Positions 41,190-64,000 of a stretch of 64,000 bases of DNA are shown one piece after another. The first letter of the stretch is position 1. The number at the start of each line of letters is the position of its first letter. A program made the translations under genes and the position numbers. This DNA comes from the human T2T-CHM13v2.0 reference genome, Homo sapiens, in assembly GCF_009914755.1 (NCBI RefSeq), contig NC_060938.1; one strand, 5' to 3'. The notes under the pieces are model-generated. The model had not been told where the DNA came from and searched no databases. It saw only the letters and a program-made list of their open reading frames with translations.

Positions 41190-42285
41190 CATTCAATAGT
41201 TTTGTAATGCACTGTATAGATAAGAAACAGAAAGTGGGTTTAATCTAAATTTTTTAAGTAGACTCCTTTTTAAGAGCAGTTTTAAATTCATAGAAAAATT
41301 GAGCAAAAAGTTCAGAGATTTCCCATATATTCTCTGCTCCCACATATATAACAGCCTCCTAATTTCTTAATTTTAATACTAGCATTTTTTTTCCTTGAAG
41401 CATAACATCAGTCTAAACAACCAGCCCTTATATCAGTTATTCACAACCCTAGTTTTATAATATGCTAGGATCTCTATTGTTTTAAAATAGGCTATCTCAC
41501 TCTAAAAAAGATTGATATGCCTTAAAGAAAATAAACAGAATAAAATAATAAATTAAATGTAACACATCAGGAAAAGGGGAAATACAAACAGGGGGAAGAA
41601 TACACATAATTAAATATTCTTAATTATCTTAACAGGGTAATCTATTATCCTGTTTCTTATCTACACAGTGCGTTACAAAACCATTGAGTGTGTTAAAAGA
41701 CAAAATTATAACAAATTTAGTTTAAAGATCTAATTAGCTTTATTAGAAATTCATGATTCAGGGAGCACCTCATTCATAGATTTAGAAAGAGCACTCTAAT
41801 GAGCTGACCAGAGGAGGCTGGCTTTATAGGCAGAAAAAAGCTAAAGAAAGCAGAAATGAAAAGTCCCCAAATATTTCAAACAAAACCAATTTGAATTTAC
41901 TAGGATTGTTCAAAAAAGCATATAATAATATATACCATTTCTTAAGGGATTAACGTTTAGCCGAATGCCTTATACATAGTATTTCATTTAATTCTCAAAA
42001 CAATCTCCATTTTACAAATGAGTCTGAGGATTAGAAAGATTATAACCCACTCAATGTTAATAGCCATTAAAGAGGCAGATGTGAGAATGGAGCTTATGTC
42101 TGTCTGACTTATCAACAGCTACATTATACTGCTCACCTTATGCTAGATGCAAGTTAATTTCAAAAAGTTGAAGGATACAGCAAGATAAAGTAAAGGATAA
42201 TATGTCAAAACTCCCTTAAGTCGGCCAGGCGCAGTGGCTCACGCCTGTAATCCTAGCACTTTGGGAGGCTGAGGCGGGCGGATCA

Positions 42286-42678
<393 letters not shown>

Positions 42679-42723
42679 TCAGCATTCTGCTCAAGTCCTT
42701 CGGTAGCTATCTGCTATTTAGAT

Positions 42724-43545
<822 letters not shown>

Positions 43546-44039
43546 GACTTTGACCATTTAGAATTTGCTCAGAGTATGAAATAAGCAGGTGGCCAAAATA
43601 AGATGGTCAATGAAAATATTCTACTTAAAAAAATCAGTCACTAATTCACTATCTCAGAGAGATAAGAAATATTTGAGGAGAGAAATGGGAAGTAACAAGA
43701 CCTAGTGTATCCCACAAGCAAAATAGTTTGATTATCCTGACTGGGTGCCAGGAAAGGAATAGGTGGCTTGCTGGAGACGAAGATGCTATAACCTCTGCAG
43801 GAAGAACTCATTCAACACTATTTAGACTCCTGGATACCAGCAGCGTCTTAGGAGCTTTACATGAATTCAGAAAATCTTGCATATTTTGACCCAACTTTAA
43901 CTTTACAACTAGAGATAAAGGGAAAAAATACATTTTTTTTCCTTCAAGCTTTTATTTTTCCTGGACTTGAAAAAATACATTTCTATCTTGTCTTTTTGCA
44001 GAAAGGATGAAGCAGCTTGTAAAAATAAACAAAAAACAC

Positions 44040-45840
<1,801 letters not shown>

Positions 45841-46344
45841 ATGCTGCAATCCCAGCACTTTGGGAGGTCGAGGCAGGAGGATCAAACTCATGCCAGCCTT
45901 ATCCGCCTATCGTATAGATCAGACACTACAGCTGCCCTCCTCCAAAAATGTTCAATGGCTCCCCGTGCCTACTGGATAAACTTCAATGTTATTAACATGA
46001 ATGCCAAACCCTTTATGTGGGCCTAACCCTGCCTTTTCAGTCTCATCTCTTATATTTCCCTACATACCCAATGCTCCCAACCACACCTCACTGCTCAGTG
46101 TTTTCCAAACATGCCATGTGGTCTCAGGCCTCCTCTTGTCTTCATGTTGGTCAGACCTGGTATTTTCTCACAGAGAAAGAAATCAGGTGTCCAGAGTTTG
46201 TGACAATGCCCTCTTGTGTCTGTCACTTCACTACTTCTGTGACAGGATTATCTAACTGATTTTATATTATTCCTGCCTCCTATACACTCACCCTCAGCCT
46301 CCATGTCTCAGGACTAAGCCCTAAATAAAAACATCCCTTTGTTA

Positions 46345-46551
<207 letters not shown>

Positions 46552-47809
46552 TCAATGGAAAATCATCAACTATTGTATGACCCAAAGGAGGTTAATTTTT
46601 TAAAATTATTTTTTCTTCACATATCTAATTCTTCCTTTCTTCATGACTATTTTCTTCCTCCACCAAGAAAAGTTGTCTTAAGAAAATGTTATTAAAACAA
46701 ATTTTCCCTAAAAATGAAATGTAGCTTCAATTTCCACTTCTGTTATCATAGTCTCTATGTGCATCTTGGCCATAAGCAACTCATCACTACCACATTCTCA
46801 AACCCAGAAAGGAGAGAAGCATAAGTTGCTTGGACTTTACTTTTTTTCCCCCCCAAAACAGAATGGCCTTCTTATTTCTTCAGGAAAATGTAAAATATCA
46901 GCACATCAGAAAGACAACTGGTACTGAATGTGATGGAACATAACTGACAAAACAATCCCTTTTATTTTTGGAATATATTATAAAGTATTTACAAAACATT
47001 CTGTTGCAGGGGGAAAACAGTCAATTCATCAACTTATTTATTTCTTTTCTATTTATTTATGGGAAAAATATCTGAGGTACAGTTTCTTCTTTACTTAAAG
47101 AAAGGGGCAAAGGAAAACACAGGTGCATATTCGAAGGTATATTAGAATTCACAAGTCATTATTTCATACCAAAGAGGCAACAGAATTTCATGAGGTGACA
47201 CTTTTAATCAAGGTATAAAGGCTATTTAAATCAATAAATAATTAACCTTAAAAACAGAAGTGGAATCAAAGGACTCTATCAAGTAAGTGAAAAGACAACC
47301 CACACAATGAGAAAAAATATTTGCAAGTCACGTAGCTGATAAAGGTCTAGTATTTAGAATATGTAAACAATTCTTACAACTCATAATAAAAACTGTAACT
47401 AGACTTTTATATCTTGCCTTTTTCACTTATGTCAGGCCCATTTTACTGAATTGTTTTTTAAAATGTGGCCATGCACAGGGGCTCATGTCTATAATCCAAG
47501 CTACTTCAAAGGCTGAGGCAAGAAGACCACTTGAGCCCAGGAGTTCAAGGCTGCAGTGAGCTGTGATTGTGCCACTGCACTCCAGCCTAGGCAACAGGAC
47601 AAGACCCTGTCTCTTAAAAAAATTTGTATCTATTTTTAAAATTTCTATTTATTTATTTATTTGAGACAAGGTCTCACTCCCATTGCCCAGGCTATAGTGC
47701 AGTGGCCCAGTCATGACTCCCTGCAGCCTCGACTTCCCGAGCTCAGGTGATTCTCCCACCTCGGCCTCCCTAGAAGCTGGGACTACAGGCATGTGCACCA
47801 CACTCGGCT

Positions 47810-47842
<33 letters not shown>

Positions 47843-47930
47843 TAGAGACAGCGTTTTACCACATTGCCCAGACTGGTCTCAAACTCCTGGGCTCAAGCAA
47901 TCTACCCACCTCGGCCTCCCAAAGTGCTAG

Positions 47931-48353
<423 letters not shown>

Positions 48354-48639
48354 TAATCCTAGCACTCTGGGAAGCTGAGGCTGGTGGATTGCTTGAGCTC
48401 AGGAGTTCGAGAACAGCCTGGGCAACATAGCAAAACCTGTCCCTACAAAAAAATACAAAAAAATTAGCTGAGTGTGGTGGTGTGCACCTGTAGTCCCAGC
48501 TACTAGTGGGCTGAGGTGGGAGGATCACTTGAGCTCAGGAGGTCAAGGCTACAGAGAGCCGAGATTGCACCACTGCACTCCATCCTGGGTGACAAAGTGA
48601 GACCCTGTCTCAAAAAAAAAAAAAAAAAAAAAAAAAACT

Positions 48640-54090
<5,451 letters not shown>

Positions 54091-54209
54091 GAAAATTACA
54101 TAACGTCACACCATCTTTTTTTAGTTATTCCCTAAGATTAGATTTGAAAAATTACATAGATACAAAGAAAAAAATACATTTTTAAAAAATGTAATATTAA
54201 ACATCACTA

Positions 54210-54449
<240 letters not shown>

Positions 54450-54559
54450 TCATACAAAACATAAGAGGTAAGAGAACAAACTTATAGTTGAAGCTATTAG
54501 AGACCACATCATGTAAAATTCTGCCTGAATTTGTTCAGATCACTGGTAACTTCTTCTAA

Positions 54560-55050
54560 CATCCCTGGTATCCATGTCACATCCCTCCAGCCCATCTCTG
54601 ATTTCAACTACAACTTTGGTGCACAAACTCACCTCTCATTACCAGCAAACCACTTCAGGGGCCCCCTAGGGCTCTTTGCACTCTGCCTTGGGGCCTCTGG
54701 TAACTTTTTTAGAGAAGGGCACGGGGTGCTCAACATCACTAGCGGCAATCCTCAACCAATAGAGAGAAGAGCCGATGGATAAAGTGAGCACAATCCTGGG
54801 AAATACTACATTGCTCCTCAGAGGCTCCGGTGGAATCAAGCTCACAGCCGCAATCTTGATGTGTTCTCATGTCTTTTCCTCCTTCCCTGTCTTACTTTCC
54901 TCACCCCCTCACTCCTGTTTCCTGAGATAACCTCTCAAATAAATAACCTATAGACACGTCCTCCTTGTCCCACACTCTGCTTTAACCTCTCAAATAACCT
55001 ATAGCCATGTCCTTGTCCCACACTCTGCTTTTAGAACACAAACTAAGAAA
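54560..55050 (+). mobile_element. LTR16-like ERVL LTR in intron 2 with an internal tandem duplication of about 50 bp (54928-55030)
   Basis: 3' end cctctcaaataaa...ccttgtcccacactctgctttt...aaactaaga; two adjacent copies of taacctctcaaata...ccttgtcccacactctgctt. Confidence 0.55.
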
Positions 55051-55080
55051 CTAACACTGACATTCAGCATGAAAGATTCA

Positions 55081-55260
<180 letters not shown>

Positions 55261-55445
55261 TCAAAAGAAAGTCATCTTTAAAGTAATTCATATTTACAGT
55301 AGACCTCGCCAAACTTCACATGCATAATTTTCATCAATGGACAATTAAACCATTAATTTGTAATCATGAAAACGTATTCGGCGGCCGGTCACAGTGGCTC
55401 ACACCTGTAATCCCAGCACTTTGGGTGGCCGAGGGGGGCGGATCA

Positions 55446-56041
<596 letters not shown>

Positions 56042-56202
56042 TTATACGCATTAAAAAAAAAAAAAAAAAAACCTCAAAAGTTATACGCATCACTGGTCAG
56101 TAGTATAATCAACTACAGCTTACTGGCAGGCAGGATAGCTGGTTGCCCAATCTGCTCTTTATCTCCATAGCACGGCAGCCAGGCTGGTTACATAAGTGAC
56201 TG

Positions 56203-56548
56203 CAGTCATGCGTTGCTTAACCATAGGGTTAGGTTCTAAGAAATGCATTGGTAGGCGATTTCCTTGTGCAAACAGCATAGAATGTACTTACACAAACCTA
56301 GATGATATAGCTTACTGTACACCTAGGCTATATGGGATAGCTTATTGCTCCTAGGCTACAAGCCTGTACAGCAGGTTACTATATTGAATACTGCAGGCAA
56401 CTGTAACACAATGGTAAGTATCTGTGCATCTAAAAATGTGTACATATAAAAAAGGTACAGAAAAAATATGGTATTATAATCTTTGGTATCACCACTGTAC
56501 ATGCAGTCTGTGGTTGACCAAAATGTTGTTATGCGGTGCATGACTATA
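56203..56548 (+). mobile_element. Tigger3/MER7-type MITE
   Basis: TIRs cagtcatgcgttgcttaac ... gttatgcggtgcatgacta. Confidence 0.8.
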
Positions 56549-56890
56549 CTTTGTGTTAAGCATAGTCATGATTCTACTACCCAGCCTTTCAAAATTCCAA
56601 TGTAGTACTCTTGACAATGTGTTAACACATTAAAGCTTTAACACTTTAGTGTGCAAGAATTTTTACAAGTTTTTCTTTGAGAAGTAAACAACTCCGAGAA
56701 AATAAACCTTGGGGCAATAATTGGTCCAGAAATGGGCTTAGGAACCACAATCTTTGCCATGGCAAATCCTGATTATACAACCATTTACAAAATTAGGGCC
56801 GGGCGTGGTGGCTCACGCCTGTAATCCCAGAACTTTGGGAGGCCAAGGCGGGCAGATCACGAGGCCAGGAGGTTGAGACCATCCTGACTA

Positions 56891-57140
<250 letters not shown>

Positions 57141-57979
57141 TTACCTTTAACACTGACCTGATAGCCAACAAATATGGATCTTATAGGAACTGTAGACAGA
57201 GGGAAATTTCAGAGATTAGGCCCTTTCTTCGAAAAGTGATCTAAGTTTCAATTTCAAAATCCTTAGCAAAGCACATCAATTTGATTAGAATTGCTACCAC
57301 ATCTTTGGCTGTATCTGGAACCAGAAACAGATCCTAGACAACTAGGAACTAACACGTAAGCTTGATAAATCAAATCCTGCATCTTAAATTAACTTGGGGG
57401 TCATAAGTGGATAAAGTTCCCTCTGTCAGAGCATAAGCCTTATACTTGAACAGGGAGAACCTCCAGGTGATGCTCAGCAGGTGGTTCTCCTGCAGCAGCT
57501 TTAGATTGGATAAAATGGTTGTCAAGGATGGTGAATGATGCCCACTTTTAAAAAGAGAGGGCATAAAAAGAGCAGCACAAGTAAAATGGGATTCTGGGTC
57601 CACTACATTAATACTAGTTATTGGCAAATGCCTACAGTGGTCAACTAAAAAATTACTAATGTGATCAGAATGTATTTGGAAGTCCAAGCCTTTAAGCAGG
57701 TTTTAAAAAAACATAAGTTCAGTGGATAAAAGGTAAAGCATTCACATTCCACTAGGTACTTACACTGATTTACAGATTGACCCTTTACACAACTTTCACA
57801 ATAAACAGATGTTTTATGGATTCTAAAATAGCCTGGCTTTTAAGAATTCCAGAATAACTATTGTTAAGATAGGCTTTTTATTTTTCAAAACCTCTATAAT
57901 CTTCCACTAAGGTAGGTGTTCAAAACATTTACAAATACTTAAGATATTTGTATGTGTATTACTTAATCATATTTTATAT

Positions 57980-58281
57980 ACAGTCATCCCTCAATATCCA
58001 CAGGGGATTGGTTTCAGGACTCCCATGGATACCGAAATCCACGTATGTTCAAGTCTTGTATACGAAATGGCACAGTATTTGCATATAATCTACACACATC
58101 CTCCAATATACCTTAAGTCATCTCTGGATCACTTATACTACATAGTACCATGTAAATGCTATGTGAATAGTTGTTATACTGTATTTTAAATTGTGTTATT
58201 TTTTACTGTTTTTTCCAAATATTTTGATCCATAGTTGGTTGAATCTGCAGATGCAGAATCCACAAAAACGAGGACTGACTG
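57980..58281 (+). mobile_element. MER2 (Tigger)
   Basis: cagtcatccctcaatatccacaggggattgg...gaggactgactg. Confidence 0.8.
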
Positions 58282-58287
58282 TTTTGA

Positions 58288-58571
<284 letters not shown>

Positions 58572-58812
58572 TGAACCACCGTGCCCAGCTGTATTTTTTT
58601 AATTTATCAAGTTGATATCTATATCAATTACATGGCAGTGTGTGTATAAGAGAGATATCTTTCATACTGTTTTTCTTTCTTACTTTCAAGTTCAACTATG
58701 ATGCTATGTTTTGCCTTCAAGGCTCATTTTCTGTAAAAGGTAGCATAACCTTGGCCCTTACAGGGGTGGTCTTGACTTCCATAATAATGCTTCTCATCCT
58801 TGCTGCCTTTTG

Positions 58813-59369
<557 letters not shown>

Positions 59370-60094
59370 TGATAATTATAACACAAAAGCTTTTGGGGAG
59401 GTAGACCTTCCACTTAGAATTATTACCTTGGTACAGATTCCCAGCCAAGATATTGTCTTTGCAGATTATACTACAACTATCAATAAACCCTTCTTATTTT
59501 CAAACATAAAACTATCATACTGAATATGCTTTTTCCAACTACATGTGCCACCCTTCACTCCCTCTTCTCAAATCTGAAGAATCACTGTTTTATCCAGTGA
59601 CACAAAATCATTGAAATATGTTTCACAAACAAAAGCACAAATCTCCAAGCATCCACTATGGAGACAGGTGAACAGAACAATAGTCATAGATGAATGCTGG
59701 AGGACAGTTGCAGGCCAAGCTAACCACGGAGGCTGAAAGAGACATCTTTCTCTACAACTCACTTAATCTCAAGTTAACACCAATGAATGGTTTAACAGAT
59801 AATTTTCTTAAGCTTTTTATGGAAAAGTTCATACCTACACAAAGTTAGACAAAATAGTTCAATGAAGCCCCACATATACATCACCCAGCTTCACTAATTA
59901 TCAACTCACAGCAAATCTTGCTTCTTCTATACTCTATTTCATCCCCTCCTGTATTATATTATTTTGATGCAAATCTTAAACACCACATTATTTCATCTGT
60001 AAATATTTCAATGTTATTTCTAAAAGGCATCTCTAAAAACACACACTACCATTATAGTTAAAAAAACTAACACAAAATTTTTTACATCACCTAA

Positions 60095-62652
<2,558 letters not shown>

Positions 62653-63149
62653 GGCCAGGCACGGTGGCTCACACCTGTAATCTCAGCACTTTGGGTGGCT
62701 GAAGAGGGAGGTTCACTTGAGGCCAGGGGTTCGAGACCACCCTGGGCAACGTCTCTACAAAAAAATAGGAAAATAATTAGCTGCCTGTGGTCCCAGCTCC
62801 TGGAGGACAGGAAGCATTGGGGAGGGGGGCTGAGGAGGGAGGATCGCTTGAGCCCAGGAGGGTGGAGGCTGCAGTGAGCTATGATTGTGCCACTGCACTC
62901 CAGCCTTGGCAACACAGTGAGACCCTGACTCCAAAAATTCTTTAAAAAAACATTTTAAGTATAAACAAAACTTTCACTAGCCCTACTTTTCTTTCCTTAA
63001 GAAAAGCTTCCCAAAAGAACTGTCCACATGCCCCATAACAAATCACAATCGCTATTACTGGTATCCCACTCTACTCCCCCTATCCACCAACACGCAGCAG
63101 CCAGAGTCAACTTTTAGAACATCAACATTTAATTATTAGCCTCTTCTTT

Positions 63150-63181
<32 letters not shown>

Positions 63182-63859
63182 TTTTGCGAGACAGAGTCTT
63201 GCTCTGTCGCCCAGGCTGGAGTGCAATGGTGCGATCTCAGCTTACTGCAATCTCCGCCTCCCAGGTTCAAGCGATTCTCCTAAGGCTCCGGAGTAGTTGG
63301 GATTACAGGCGCCCACCACCACGCCAGGCTAATTTTTTTGTATTTTTAGTAGAGACGGGGTTTCACCATGTTGGTTAGGCTGGTCTCCAACTTCTGACCT
63401 CAGGCGATCCGCCCGCCTCGGCCTCCTAAAGCGTAGCCTCTTCTTAAAACCCTTTTAAATAGCTTCCCGTGGCTCTTAGAATAAAAGTCAACGTGTGGTT
63501 AAAATAAACTAAAAACCTTGCTGTGATGTAGTCCTTCTGGGTCATTCCACACCATATGTCTTCCACTAAACTTCAGTCACACTCATATGGCCCACCTTCT
63601 AGTCGTCAAAATAGCCAAAACCTCTCCAAGCCTTACAGCCTTCACACAAACTGTTTCTTCTACAGAGGACAGAGAAAGACAATGGTTTCGAATGTGACGT
63701 CCAAACTATAAATCACAGGACACTGAATTCTGCGGGCTTTCATTAGCATAAGAGCTGCCTCCGACGGGGGCAACACTATGCGGGGTGTGCCAGGAACTGA
63801 TTTAAGACTGTATTCAGATCTTCCAAGCAACGCCAAAGACTCCAGCTTATAAAGAGCAT

Positions 63860-63990
63860 ATTTGATTGCTTATACTGTGTGCTAGGTCCTTTTATCCTTC
63901 AAATGACCACCTACAGGAGAGACTAAGGTCCAATTCACAACTGAGCCTTTAAGGAGGTTAAGTAACTAGCCCAGAGTTCAACAGAAAGTG
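63860..63990 (-). mobile_element. MIR fragment near the 5' end of intron 1
   Basis: gcttatactgtgtgctagg...aggttaagtaactagcccagag. Confidence 0.55.
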
Positions 63991-64000
63991 GACGGGTTGT

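Noticed and set aside
63690-64000. Rising CpG content and a TGACGT (CRE-like) motif
   Set aside because: Probably the edge of the promoter CpG island beyond the window; exon 1 and the TSS are not visible, so no promoter is called.

Overview
Primate (human-like) genomic DNA lying wholly inside the L2HGDH gene (L-2-hydroxyglutarate dehydrogenase), which runs on the minus strand. Eight coding exons (2-9; 116, 152, 132, 163, 35, 168, 158 and 132 nt, all AG/GT-bounded and phase-compatible) are readable. Exon 1 lies beyond the right edge and the last exon beyond the left edge. Intron 3 holds the MIR4504 hairpin. The rest is repeat-dense intron: about 60 Alus, a TSD-flanked but internally deleted L1MA-type LINE, other L1 fragments, an ERVL remnant, MaLR/ERV1/LTR16 LTRs and MER20/MER2/Tigger/MER58 DNA transposons. 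Almost all supplied ORFs are Alu/L1 noise. The most notable signal is a cluster of at least five short (about 40-250 bp) locally templated duplications. One is a partial copy of exon 8 in intron 6 that keeps its splice donor and carries the CGA>TGA (Arg335Ter-equivalent) allele. Another is a TSD-flanked, poly(A)-tailed Alu containing about 200 bp copied from the flank of a different Alu 3.8 kb away. Two more are inverted copies of about 200-245 bp, and the last is the fold-back that created MIR4504. Repeat subfamily names, exon/codon numbering and known-variant links come from memory; identities are estimated by eye.
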